64,000 nucleotides of DNA from contig NC_091978.1 of the NCBI RefSeq assembly GCF_044704955.1, positions 68,386,001-68,450,000 of the forward strand, read 5' to 3'. Positions 1 to 12,060 of this stretch are shown piece after piece. The DNA comes from Pristiophorus japonicus. Taxonomy: Eukaryota. Every line of letters starts with the position of its first letter. Within the stretch, counting starts at the first letter, position 1. Position numbers and translations under genes: made by a program. The notes under the pieces are model-generated. The model was given only the letters and a program-made list of their open reading frames with translations. It was not told the origin of the DNA and ran no database searches.

Positions 1-1385
1 TTCTCAACTCGGTTTTAAATTGACTCCCCCGTATTTTGAGGCTGTGCCCCCTAGTTCTAGTCTCCCCAACCAGTGGAAACAACCTCTCTGCCTCCATCTT
101 GTCTATCCCTTTCATTATTTTAAATGTTTCTATAAGATCACCCCTCATCCTTCTGAACTCCAACGAGTAAAGACCCAGTCTATTCAATCTATCATCATAA
201 GGTAGCCCCCTCATCTCTGGAATCAGCCTAGTGAATCGTCTCTGTACCCCCTCCAAGGCTAGTAAGGTGACCAAAACTGCACGCAGTACTCCAGGTGCGG
301 CCTCACCAATACCCTGTACAGTTGCAGCAGGACCTCCCTGCTTTTGTACTCCATCCCTCTCGCAATGAAGGCCAACATTCCATTCACCTTCCTGATTACC
401 TGCTGCACCTGCAAACTAACTTTTTGGGATTCATGCACAAGGACCCCCAGGTCCCTCTGCACTGCAGCATGTTGTAATTTCTCCCCATTCAAATAATATT
501 CCCTTTTACTGTTTTTTTTTTCCAAGGTGGATGACCTCACATTTTCCAACATTGTATTCCATCTGCCAAACCTTAGCCCATTCGCTTAACCTATCTAAAT
601 CTCTTTGCAGCCTCTCTGTGTCCTCTACACAACCCACTTTCTCACTAATCTTTGTGTCATCTGCAAATTTTGTTACACTACACTCTGTCCCCTCTTCCAG
701 GTCATCTGTGTATATTGTAAACAGTTGTGGTCCCAGCACCGATCCCTGCGGCACACCTCTAACCACCGATTTCCAACCCGAAAAGGACCCATTTATCCCG
801 ACTCTCTGCTTTCTGTTAGCCAGCCAATTCTCTATCCATGCTAATACATTTCCTCTGACTCCACGTACCTTTATCTTCTGCAGTAACCTTTTGTGTGGCA
901 CCTTATCGAATGCCTTTTGGAAATCTAAATACACCACATCCATCGGTACACCTCTATCCACCATGCTCGTTATATCTTCAAAGAATTCCAGTAACTTAGT
1001 TAAACATGATTTCCCCTTCATGAATCCATGTTGCGTCTGCTTGATTGCACTGTTCCTATCTAGATGTCCCGCTATTTCTTCCTTAATGATAGCTTCAAGC
1101 ATTTTCCCCACTACAGATGTTAAACTAACCGGCCTATAGTTACCTGCCTTTTGTCTACCCCCTTTTTAAAACAGCGGCGTTACATTAGCTGCTTTTCAAT
1201 CTGCTGGTACCTCCTCAGAGTCCAGAGAATTTTGGTAGATTATAACGAATGCATCTGCTATAACTTCTGCCATCTCTTTTAATACCCTGGGATGTATTTC
1301 ATCAGGACCAGGGGACTTGTCTACCTTGAGTCCCATTAGCCTGTCCAGCACTACCTTCCTAGTGATAGTGATTGTCTCAAGGAGA
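1..1385 (-). mobile_element. CR1 LINE ORF2 (RT) fragment
   Basis: ORFs 506-1111 and 259-552 contain QHGFMKGKSC, YLDFQKAFDKV, GVPQGSVLGP, FADDTK and RPHLEYCVQFWSP. Confidence 0.95.
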
Positions 1386-1702
1386 AGCTAAAATATCATA
1401 AACAAACTTTAAAAAAAATTACTATTTCAAAACCATGTCATAGTTAAATCAAATTAATAGAAAACTTGACGTTCCACAAATATAAAATTAGCATTTCAGG
1501 GCAAGAATAGTTATTCAGCAGACAATATGCCATTAAAAACCCAGTTATACCTCTTTCTACAAGGTTGAACTTTTTCAGGAGGGGGGGCGGAGGTTTGGCG
1601 GTTAACAGCGATATTCCAGCATAATAGAGGAAGGTTTCGTCCTTCAGTGTGATTTCAATTGGTTGCCATGTCTGAGAAGTTCCACAGCTTCTGGATTTCC
1701 GC

Positions 1703-2150
1703 ACAACTCGGCTGCCCGTGTCCTAACTCGCACCAAGTCCTGTTCACCCATTACCCCTGTGCTCGCTGATCTACATTGGCTCCCAGTTAAGCAACACCTC
1801 GATTTCAAAATTCTCATCCTTGTTTTCAAATTGCTCCATGGCGTTGCCCCTCCCTATCTCTGTCGTCTCCTCCAACCCCACGACCCTGAGATTTCTGCAT
1901 TCCTCTAATTCTGGCCTCTTGAGCATCCTTGATTATAATCACTCAACCATTGATGGCGGTGCCTTCAGCTGCCTGGGCCCCAAATACTGGAACTCCCTCC
2001 CGAAACCTCCTCGCCTCTCTACCTCTCTTTCTTCTTTAAGACGCTCCTTAAAACCTACTTCTTTGACCAAAATTTTGATCATCTGCCCTAATTTCTTCTT
2101 TTGTGGCGGTCTCAAATTTTTGTTTTATAACACTCCTGTGAAGTGCCTTT
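1703..2150 (+). mobile_element. L2-clade LINE 3' fragment
   Basis: Encodes ITPVLADLHWLPVKQHLDFKILILVFK...WNSLP. Same 3' UTR as the copies at about 19.5-20.0 kb and 56.5-60.2 kb. Confidence 0.85.
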
Positions 2151-2559
2151 AAATAGGTTGTTGTTAATGAAGTCAATTTCACATGAAGAACTGCAATTCC
2201 CAGAGGTCTTTGCATCGAGTTTAATGGAGTGTGCCAATACTTCCTGATTCAGTATTGTATTACCGAAGCACCAGGAAGTACCTACCTGTGTGTAGATCAC
2301 CAGTAGTAGGTACTTTCACAGAACGTCTTTTAGTATGCGTCACTTTATGGTTAAGCTGAAAGAGGGCAGTTATCAAACAGAAACGAGATCTTTCCCTATT
2401 ATTACTGGGAGCTGACTGTTTAAGTACAGCAGCAAGATCACGAGTGAGATAAGGGCTACGGCACTTGCTGAATTTATATTTAGAATAACTTTATACAACT
2501 TTTTGAAATTCTTCTGGAATTAGCAGTTTGAAATCTGCATCTCCAGTAAGTGTTGCACT

Positions 2560-2757
2560 TTATTTTTTTGTGTGTTTGGGAAGGCGTTCGATCGAGGTGA
2601 TCTTTTGAAAGCTGACTGGACCTTTTTTTTTTACTTTCGAGGAGTTGCCTCTCTCCTGGCCGGGCGGTGGGTGCAGGCGGCTGCTGGTACTCTGGGCATT
2701 CAGCGACAGCAACGCTGCCAGAGCTGGAAGCAAGGTGCGCTGCACTGACTTGCTGCA
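2560..2757 (+). promoter_or_regulatory. Probable MALT1 promoter/5'UTR, locally CpG-rich with a GC box
   Basis: Non-repeat sequence with raised CpG directly upstream of the ATG, GGGCGG at about 2662, and no clear TATA box. The TSS cannot be placed. Confidence 0.45.
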
Positions 2758-2909
2758 ATGGCAGAGTGCATGCAGCTCACGCCGTTAAACATCAACAGCC
2801 TGAAGGAGCCCACGCTCAACAAAATAAGTGATCTGCTGGACAAGACCGACAACTGCGGATGGAGGAAACTGGCGGAAATCGTGGGAGCTGACAAGCGTTT
2901 CAGATTCAG
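2758..2909 (+). CDS. MALT1: Paracaspase MALT1 coding exon 1 (death domain, N-terminal half)
   Basis: ATG at 2758 reads MAECMQLTPLNINSLKEPTLNKISDLLDKTDNCGWRKLAEIVGADKRFRF, resembling MALT1 'LREPLLRRLSELLDQ..GWRRLAEL'. Donor AG|GTACGG at 2910, phase 2. Confidence 0.9.
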
Positions 2910-3381
2910 GTACGGTGTTTTTAAAAAAAAAAGTATTGGACTTTGTTTTATAATCTACTAACTTCCCACAAGAATATTTTTTTTTAAATTGGCCCCTTTT
3001 ATTTGCTCTTCCACTGAAGTTGACTCATATTGGGGTACAATTTCATGGACACTCCTCTGATGTCTTACCCAAGCAGCCATTACTTAGTGCATGAACGTGA
3101 GTGCTCCAAGGCGAATCAACTGCGATGGGCATCACAGCCTCTTTCTGACTTCATAAGTGCAATTTACAGAAGGTGTTAATGGATAGTGACCAGGAGCAAG
3201 AACCCTGAGTGATTTTCCCCCACCCGGCCTATAAGGCACCACATAATAGACGAATGAATGTGGAGTCAGGGAACAAGTAGCAGAATAAATAACTAGTTGG
3301 CTTCAAGACAGAAAGCATGTAGGGGCATGACATTGGATGATCTGAGTAATGAGATGTGCATTTTAAATTAAAAAAGGGATA

Positions 3382-4019
3382 CAGTAAACTCTGGTTTACC
3401 CAGATACGAATGTAACGGAAAACCCACCGTAATGGAATTTAAAATATTGCGAGATTCGGCAACTAAAGAAAATGGGATGATCACTGGCTACATAACAAAT
3501 ACAAGCAGCAATGAACATTATTACTTGCTTTAAGCTGTGCAAACTATACATTGTACTTACATTCTTAATGAATCATGATTAGCCACCCAGCACTCCATGG
3601 GGCGATCTTCCGTCTTTCATGTTCCATTTTCTGTCCTGGAGGGGCAGCAATGACGGCGGTGAGGTCTCCTTGGCAGGCGGTCAGCCTCCAGTGCCCCGCG
3701 GGGGTCTCCGGGGGCCGGTTTTGCGGTGACGCTGAACAGTACCACCCGGAACAGCTGCACCAGTGTGCAATGTCCCTGGTTGCCACACCGGCCCGCTTTT
3801 TGAGTCCCGCCCGACCCGTACGCCCCGCAGTGACCGCCTGTAAATACGGGTGGTCCAATCTATATCGACTGCAGAGAGGTAAGTAATGCCGTCCTAAGGT
3901 AAACGTGATTGTTTTTTCTCTTAATTATTTTTGTGATATATGTAAACTCTCCCTACAGAAAATTCGTTTACCCAGAGTTGCCGAATCCCCAAACAATCCA
4001 GGTAAACGAGAGTTTACTG
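3382..4019. mobile_element. Tc1/pogo(Tigger)-type MITE with TA target-site duplication
   Basis: TA|CAGTAAACTCTGGTTTACC ... GGTAAACGAGAGTTTACTG|TA: 19-bp TIR with 1 mismatch. Subterminal inverted motif GATTCGGCAACT/AGTTGCCGAATC. No transposase. Confidence 0.85.
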
Positions 4020-4021
4020 TA

Positions 4022-5575
4022 TATTAAATAAACTAATCAAACTCAAAAAGGATGAAAAAAAAACCCTGAATTGAATCCACACATTTTAAAAGAATCTAGG
4101 GACGAGATAGCAGAGGCATTACCTCACATATTTAATCATTCGTTCGAAAAAAGGTGTAGTGCCACTGACGGATAGCCAATGTAATACCTATATTTAAGAA
4201 GGGAGATAGAACATGTCCAGGGAATTAAAGACCAGTCAGCTTAACATCAGTGGTAGGAAAAATAAGGGAATTCCTACTAAAAGAGAGAATAGAAGAACAT
4301 CTAGAAATGAAAAGTATAATAATTATTAGTCAGCATGGATTTCAAAAGGGAAAATCTTCCTTGACCAACCTTATTGAATTTTTGAAGAGGTAACAGAGAG
4401 AGTAGACAATGGTAATGCAGTAGATGCAATTGATCTGGATTTTCAAAAGACATTTGATAAGGTACCTCATAATAGACTAATGAATAAGGTCAGAGAATGT
4501 GGAGTCAGGGGACGAGTTGCAGAATGGATCGCTAGCTGGCTTCAAGACAGAAAGCAGAGAGTGGGAGTAAAGAGTAGCTATTCACAGTGGCAGAAGGTGG
4601 GTTGTGGCATGGCAAAAGGATCAGTGCTGAGACCACTGCAGTTCACAATTTACATTAACGATTTAGACTTTGGAATCAAAAACACAATTTCTAAATTTGC
4701 AGTTGATACTAAATTGGGGGAGAAGGGGATAGTCAAGATTGAGGAGGACTGCAACAAATTACAAGACATTAATAAACTTAAAGAATGGGCATGTAATTGG
4801 CAAATAAATGTGAGGTATTACATTTTGGTAAGAAAAATAGGGATGCCACGTATTACTTGGAACATATGAATCTAAGTGGGGTAGAAGAGCAAAGGGATCT
4901 CAGAGTACAAACACACAAATCACTGAAAGTAGTGACAACAGGTTAACAAAACCATAATAAAGCAAACCAAGCATGGATTTATTTCTAGAGGGATTGAATA
5001 GAAAAGTAGAGAAGTTATGGTAAACTTGTATCGAACTTTGGTTAGACCACAGTTGGAATACTCGTACAGTTCTTTTCGCCATGTTATTAAAAAGGAGATA
5101 GAGGCACTGAAGAGGTTGCAAAAAAGATTTACAAGAATGATACCAGAAATGCGAGGGTATATCTATCGGGAAAGGATGAACAGGCTCTTAAAAATAAAGG
5201 CTGAGGGGTGACCTAATAGAGGTCTTTAAAATTATGAAATGGTTTGATCGAGTAGATACAGAGTAGATATTTCCACTTATGGGGAAGAGCAAAACTAGAG
5301 GCCATCAATACAAGATAGTCATCAAGGAATTCAGAAGGACCTTCTTTACCCAGAGAGTGGTGAGAATGTGGAACTGGCTACCACAGGGAGTGGTTGAAAC
5401 GAATAGTATAGATGCATTCAAGGGGAGGCTCGATAAGCATATGAGGGAGAAGGGAACAGAGAGTTATGCTGATAGTTAGATAAGGAAAGACAAGAGGAGG
5501 TTTGGGTGGAGCATAAACGCTGGCATGGACTGGTTGGGCCAAATGGCCTGTTTCTGTACTGTATATCCTATGTAA
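4022..5575 (+). mobile_element. Old CR1 LINE RT/3' fragment, 5' part split off by the MITE
   Basis: Decayed RT motifs (QHGFQKGKS, GSVLRPLQF, RPQLEY) and a CR1 3' UTR (gggccaaatggcctgtttctg). CR1-like sequence also runs up to the left edge of the MITE at about 3355-3381. Confidence 0.85.
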
Positions 5576-6449
5576 GCCTAGAGGTTATTTGTGTTGTCTC
5601 CAAAGCCACTCCAGTAAAACGTTAATAGTTGTAGCAAAAGGGGAAGTGGTGTGGTGTGCGTTCATGCTTTGGTGATCATGTAAGCACACATGTCATGGTG
5701 AGTTGTGTTGCTCGCCAAGGTACTTGTGACAGACTTCTGGTATCTGCTGTCCATCTAATGATGATTCAAACATGTGCTTGTCTAATGACCAACTATTCTT
5801 GGTGGGTAAGATAAGGGGGCATCTGTGGGGTTAAGTTGGCTATAAGATGATGTGCCTTTCTTGGAACCAATTAAATCTGTTGTGGTAGATTTCGTATTCT
5901 GATACCTGAGCCAGACAGGTGTGTGGTAGCCCACCTTGGTCTCTAATGGAACTGCAGACCTGACACTGACACTCTGACTCTTCCCATGATTCCAGATAAA
6001 ACTGCTCTAAAGGGTAGGATGGTCCTAATTGGATGGGCAGTGGGAAGCTGGGTGGTTTTGATTGGTTAAGCTCCAGCAGTCGCTCTGCACATTCTTGGAG
6101 ATCCCTAAGTCATGGCTCTGCAAATCTGCTCCTAAACTCTCAAGATTTAGATAAGCAGGATGTGGACCAGTGGAGAGGAAGTGTGAACTCCGTATTGGGA
6201 AAAATGAAACGCTACAGGCATAAATTTCTCTGTTTGCTTTGGAGATTTTTCTTCATGGTGATGGGTGTCTGCTCATGTCAGGCAATTGGTTAACCAGCAA
6301 GAAAAACTTAGCAAAGACTGGAAATGGAATCTGGGCTATTCATGGTCCATATGGCTCAGTCCAACACTATTATGCTGATCTACAGTACATGCTGAAAGAT
6401 GTAATTTCTCCTCCCAGCTACCTGGGTTTCCCATTAGTTTCTTCTCTTT

Positions 6450-6779
6450 TTCTTCTTCTTAGGCGGTCCCTCGTATCGAGGATGACTTGCTTCCACATGA
6501 AAAAGGGATGAGTTCACAGGTGTTTCAATGAAGGACCTGATATTCCAGGTCCCGAACTACATATTGAAAGGTGGAAGATGCCTGTGCATGGATTTTTTTC
6601 ATGTGTGGCGGCTGTTGCACACCAGCCACCACACGGGCTTGACAGAGCTAGGTCTTGGTCCAGTGGCAAGGATTACCCAAGACGACCAGCTCTACTGCAC
6701 GGATCTAGTGTACACACATATCGCAGTGTGGGCTGGCCCGTGCTGCCTCTGGGCCCTTGCCTCTTCTGGGCCCCGAACT
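6450..6779 (-). mobile_element. Non-autonomous bipartite RTE-derived SINE-like element
   Basis: 3' end (gtggaagcaagtcatcctcgatacgagggaccgcctaagaagaagaa) matches the RTE 3' ends at about 32.0 and 55.8 kb. Interior encodes FGTWNIRS, the N-terminal motif of RTE endonucleases. Related copies at 9562 and 11855. Confidence 0.7.
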
Positions 6780-7318
6780 AAGTTAGTTTGGGCTGATAGC
6801 AGCCTAATCCGACTGTTCTTTTTGTTAGGAATTCCCCCTTTGTAGAATCTCTGTAGGTTGGAACCCACCCAATTGCCTGTCTCAATGTTTGTGTATTGCA
6901 ATGACTGATGCTATTCCCCTGTTGAGAGGCAACATGACAGAGTCAAAAGTTGTGTGAGATGCAGATCGAGCAGGAGTTGATTGGAAAGGCTGCAAAACCA
7001 AGATCATGAAAAAGCTGATGGTGTATTGTGGAATGGAGAAAGGCAGACAAGTACCATGAAGAGAGGGAAAAAAGATAAAGGGTCAGAGAGTAGAGCAGGC
7101 TAATTGTAAAAGCTGGTCAATAAAGTAAAAGACTGAGATGAGAAAATAGAAGAACAATTTGAGGAGCAAAGACAAAAAGGAAACTAAGAATTCAGATTGA
7201 AGAAGGAGAATACATAAAAGAGAAAACAGGATGATGTCTAGCCTCTAAGATTACAGAAGACGAACTTGAGAAAAATGCAGTGGAAAATTTTTTTTGCAAC
7301 AGTGAAAAAGTAGAAACT

Positions 7319-8074
7319 TGGCCGAAATTGCCCCCCTCCATAAGCTCCATTACTGGTTCCAAGAGGCGGGAATGGAGTGGAAAGGCCTTGCCCTGGGCCA
7401 AAAGCGGTGGGAACAGGTTTCCGCTCTGCCCGTGTTCCCGCCGCATCGGGCACACGCCGACCCCTTACCGGCCGGCGGCAATCACCTTTCTGCCCGTCGT
7501 GCAATATTGCCTCGCGGGAGCGCCACCGGTCGGTGCCCCTGACAGCTTTTTCCATCGGTACCTTTTCTGTGGCTGGGCGGCACGGCCACCCATAAAAGGG
7601 AGGTCGCGCTGCCGGCGACTCCGTTTTATATTTTTTGTTGTCGGCTGACTGCCAGGTCAGGCCAACAGTTATGCTCACGAGTTTGGCGGGCCGCCAACAG
7701 GGGTTGCCATGACGCTGGCCCGACCAAAACTCTCCCTGGAGGCCTGTGTTTGCCACTAAAATGGTTGAAGAGTTCGCAGTGGCCCTCACCTTTAACTGAA
7801 GGGGAGAGACGTTGTGACGCATCAGTGCGACGCGGCACGCTGACGACTTGGAGCGACGGCCACTCCGACTTGCCCACACTTCGGTCCTGCTCATGGCGGA
7901 CACTCCGACCCGCCCGCACTTCCACCCCTCTCCCGACACGAACGCCGCTCCGACTGGAAACAAAAACCAAAGTGCTGAAAATCGCTGGAATGTCCGCCCC
8001 ATGCATTAGGGCGGACAGAGCAGTTAAAAAAACGGTAGGTGCGCCCCGTTCCAGGCGAAGGGCAGTTTTGACCC
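7319..8074. mobile_element. GC-rich PIF/Harbinger-type MITE
   Basis: Imperfect 15-bp TIR TGGCCGAAATTGCCC / GGGCAGTTTTGACCC. Homologous, in inverted orientation, to 10357-11137. Confidence 0.7.
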
Positions 8075-8879
8075 AATGCCAGGATAACCAAACTAAAATT
8101 GGAAACGAGAGCAAATTTGAGATTCTAAAGCTTAAACAAATAAAAATGGTGGTAGTTGATACTACAGTATAGCACAAAATTACTCCTTATTTTGTGTAAA
8201 TTAGCACACGAATTGGCAATTTTATGTGGGCAGACCATTATGATAGCTAGAGTGTAAAATGGAAAAATTTCCGCTGGTGCAGTAGAGGCTATTTTCCTGA
8301 GGCTGAGATTAAGGTTCAGAGTGGAGGAAGTTTTGTGCTACATGGAACTGTGAGAAAGCTGATTTGGAATGCTGATTAAGTGTAGGCGGGGGAGTGGCAA
8401 GAAGGATTTGCTCTGTTATTTTAACCGAATCATTAATGTATTCTTTATAATGTATTTACAATTTTGCTACAAATATTGAACTAAAGAAATATTTTCCCAG
8501 AATAATAAAAGTTAATAAAATAACATTCACCAAATACCTGAATGCAGCAAATTACTGAAAATAAACAAAAATAAAAGAAAAATGGAGTTTAAGAACGATG
8601 AATGTATACTAAAATCTGGTACTTGAACTCGTTTATGATTGAATTACTTCATTGAAAGTATTTGTTCAGTAATTAATTTTTTTGCCAAAAAGTTCTAATC
8701 AGAACTTAGTTAAGGTATTTAGTAATAAAGGTGAAGGAAAATCTAAGGTAAATACTTTTTGTTCAAAGTGCTCTCCCATTTTATGTTCAAAAGTTTTATT
8801 TCATACTTTTAAATATATATGATAAATTTTCTCACCTCCACAGAGACACATCTGTGTCAAAGTTAATGGTAATAAATGA

Positions 8880-9520
8880 GAAGAGGCACCAGAACTTGAT
8901 TTACAAGAGGTTTGGGATAAGATAGCAAAGGCATTAACTATAATTTTCCAAAAATCTTTGGAAATGGGAATACTGTAGTGCTAAAGGACTTGAAGGTGCA
9001 AATGTTACCCCTCTGTTCAAGAAAGGGAAAAAGGATAAGCTAAGAAATTATAGGCCTTTTAGTCTTGTCCCTATTGTGGGTAAAGCCCAGAGAGTCAATA
9101 ATATGGAATGACATTGGTAACTATTTAGAAAGACATGGTTGATCAGTAATTGACAGCATGGATTTGCAAAGAGAATTTAGGTAATTGGCAAAAGAATCAG
9201 AGGCGAGATGGGGAGAATTTGTGGATAGACTGGAGAAGCTGGGATTGTTCTCTTTAGAGCAACAAAGGGGCGTAGAAACAAGATTATCTACGAGAACAAC
9301 AGGGGAAGTTAGAAGGAAAGATTTCTGCTCCGAGGTTTTGAATGCTTTATAAGAAGAAAACTTTGAGATAGAACCTGTAACATCATTTAATATTTGAAAC
9401 CACAAAATATAAAAGGGTATATGTAAAGGCAGGGAAGTTATGATTCAGCATCAAAACCGGCACAATGGGATGAATGACCCCCCCCCCCCCCCCACTCTGT
9501 GCTGTCAATCCTATGATTCC
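8880..9520 (+). mobile_element. Highly decayed CR1 fragments
   Basis: Remnants of ANVTPLFKKG..NYRP.SL, QHGF and a CR1-type 3' end. Confidence 0.6.
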
Positions 9521-9561
9521 ATGTCTGGTGCCCTTGCTGTTAGACCATTCGCAGCATTACT

Positions 9562-9680
9562 CATCATCATCATAGGCGGTCCCTCATATTGAGGATGACT
9601 TACTTCCACACCAAAAAGAGATGAGTTCACAGGTGTTTCAATGATGGACCTAAGTTAAGGTCCCGAACTAACTGGAAGGT
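9562..9680 (-). mobile_element. Truncated copy of the RTE-derived SINE
   Basis: catcatcatcataggcggtccctc...ggtcccgaact matches 6450-6560. Confidence 0.7.
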
Positions 9681-10052
9681 GACCCCAAAAGATCCCACAA
9701 ACATTTTTAAATAGCCACCCCCACCATGCACTAAAGTTCTAAACCTTCTCCAATCACTACAAATCCAAACACCCACAAACGAGTAATTTGTGTCTCCATA
9801 TGCTAAAAATCCATCCTGCATATTTAAAGAAAGTCAACTATCTCCATGACAAATCAAAGTCCTATCTACTTGGTCTATTATTGCAGGTGGATGTTAAAAT
9901 TGTCTGCATTCAAAGTAGAGATGGGAGTTTTCCTGCCATCCTGGCCACCATTTATCCCCCCTACCAACACAACCAAAAACCCATTAAGTGGTAATTCATC
10001 TGATTCTCTGTTTATGGGATCTTATTGTGTGCAAATTGGCTGGCATGTGTGA

Positions 10053-11281
10053 AAAGAAAAAGAAAGAAAGACTTGGATTTATATAGCGCCTTTCACGACC
10101 ACCGGACGTCTCAAAGTGCTTTACAGCCATTGAAGTAATGTAGGAAATGCGGCAGCTAATTTGCACACAAGCAAGCACCTACAAACAGCAATGTGATAAT
10201 GACCAGATAATCTGTTTTTTTGTTATTTGGATTGAGAGATAAATATTAGCCAGGGCACCAGGGATAACGCCCCTGCTCTTTTTCGAAATAGTGCCATGGG
10301 ATCTTTTATGTCCACCTGAGAGAACAGACGGTTTAATATCTCATCCGAAAGATGGTGTGGATGAAATTGACTAAAAGGTTGGGCACCTACCTTTTTTTTT
10401 CTCCACCCCAATTTATGGGGCGGGGATTCGAGCGATATTCAGCTCTTCAACTTTTTTTCTGGTCAGGGCGGGGTGGAAGTGCCCTTGGATCGGGTCGGCC
10501 GTCACTCCGAGTGGCGCTGATGATATCGGCGAGTCGTTAATGAAGTCAACGTGACATGGATGTGTCACGTCACACTGACGTGTCACAACGTCCCTCCTCT
10601 TCAGTTAAAGGGGATGGCCGCTGTGAACTCTGCATTGAATTTAGTTTGGCCCGCTGGGCCATTAGTGAGGGTTTTGGCTGGGCCAGCGGCCCAGCACCCA
10701 AGAGAGGGTGCGGGGCTGCCTGTTGGCGGTCTGGCTGAACCCATGGCCACCATTGTTGGGCCGACCTCTGAGTCGGACGACAAGTAAAATAAAATGGCAT
10801 CCGCGCCCTCCCCTTTAAGGGTGGACGCGCGCCTAGGTGCACACAGCCTCCCGCAGGGTAAATCTATTGGGGGCGCCGAGCGAAGGCCAATCCGCTCCCG
10901 CAGGGCATTTTCACGCAGGGCTCAGAAAGGGGTCGTCGCTGGTTGGAAGGGGGTCGGTGCGTGCCCGATGAGCAACAGCACAGGCGGTGTGCAAACCTGT
11001 TCCCGCTGCTCCTGGCCCAGGGGCAATTTCGGATGGGTCGACCCATCCGTCTGCCCCTGGTCGGTGAGGCCTATCCGTTCCATTACCGCCTCTTAGAGGT
11101 GGTGATGGGCCTTAAGGAGGAGAGCAATTTCGGCCCCAGCACTTCTGAGAGCACAGCACTCTTTCAGCACGGCACTGGAGTGTCAGCCTAGATTTTAGTG
11201 TGCTCAAGCCTCTGGAGTGGGACTTGAATCCATAATCTTCTGACTCGGAGGCTAGAGTGCTACCCACTGAGCCACAGCTGA
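10053..11281 (-). mobile_element. tRNA-derived Deu-domain SINE (SacSINE1/AmnSINE-like), split by a MITE at 10357-11137
   Basis: 10053-10356 and 11138-11281 together form the reverse complement of the intact SINE at 50418-50872. Confidence 0.8.
10357..11137. mobile_element. GC-rich PIF/Harbinger-type MITE (inverted relative of 7319-8074)
   Basis: Ends GTGGATGAAATTGAC / AGCAATTTCGGCCCC. Shares cores with the 7319 copy (e.g. cttcagttaaagg, aaacctgttccc). Cleanly interrupts a SINE. Confidence 0.72.
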
Positions 11282-11854
11282 AACTGTGGCCTACAAACAA
11301 CAGTAAGAGCCACTATTTTAAGTTATGAGACCAATCTTATTTTTCCATTCTGTGGCTAGATCAGATAAATAAAGATATATTGCTTTTAATTTTATGGAGA
11401 TAGTTTTGCACTTTTCACAGTAACAGGAATTTGGCAATAAAATATTCAGATATGAAATACAAACAGTGCAGTCTGCATGCCTCAAGACCACAGCTGAGGT
11501 GTATGAGCACAGATTACTTTGTAAGTTATAACTCACTTATGGAGTGAGCTGCATGTTCCAATGTTCCTCATTATATATTGTTCATACAGAAATGACAAAC
11601 CTGTAAGCCAAATATACATGCCCAAATTGTGTCTTAACTGATGTGAAGTGTTCACTGCGTAGCTAATTTTATAAAACTGATTATGTTTCTTTTCTATGGT
11701 TACAGAATATTCTGGTAAGTAGGATTTATGATATTTCAGATAATTAAAGGTCCCAGGATGTAATTGTTTGTTTGATGCTCAAATTACACCTGACTAAATA
11801 CTGGAAAGTCCCCAGTGGAAAGTTCTTACTTCAATATGTGATATGGGAAAGTCA

Positions 11855-12060
11855 GTCATCAGTCATAGGTGGTCTCTTGAAATGAGGATGACTTGCTTCC
11901 ACGCCTAAAACGGTGTTTCAATGAAGGACCCGAACTACATCCTCAAGGGTGGAAGATGCCTGTGCGTGGATTTTTTTAACGTGTGATGGCCGTTGCACGC
12001 CAGCCACCACATTGGCTTGACAGAGCTAGGTCTTGGTCCAGTGGCAAGGATTACCCAAGT
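11855..12060 (-). mobile_element. Third copy of the RTE-derived SINE
   Basis: Near-identical to 6460-6680 (gcttgacagagctaggtcttggtccagtggcaaggattacccaag). Confidence 0.75.

Noticed and set aside
2380-2645. Possible NF-kB, STAT or IRF sites (gatctttccc, ttctggaa, ttactttcg)
   Set aside because: All deviate from consensus and are short enough to arise by chance.
3240-3320. Short segment similar to 4468-4556
   Set aside because: A small displaced CR1 RT scrap with no functional signal.
7192-8177. GC-rich ORFs up to 254 aa (also at 10551-11191 and 53803-54451)
   Set aside because: They lie inside non-coding MITEs, stay open because of GC content, and are not conserved between related copies.
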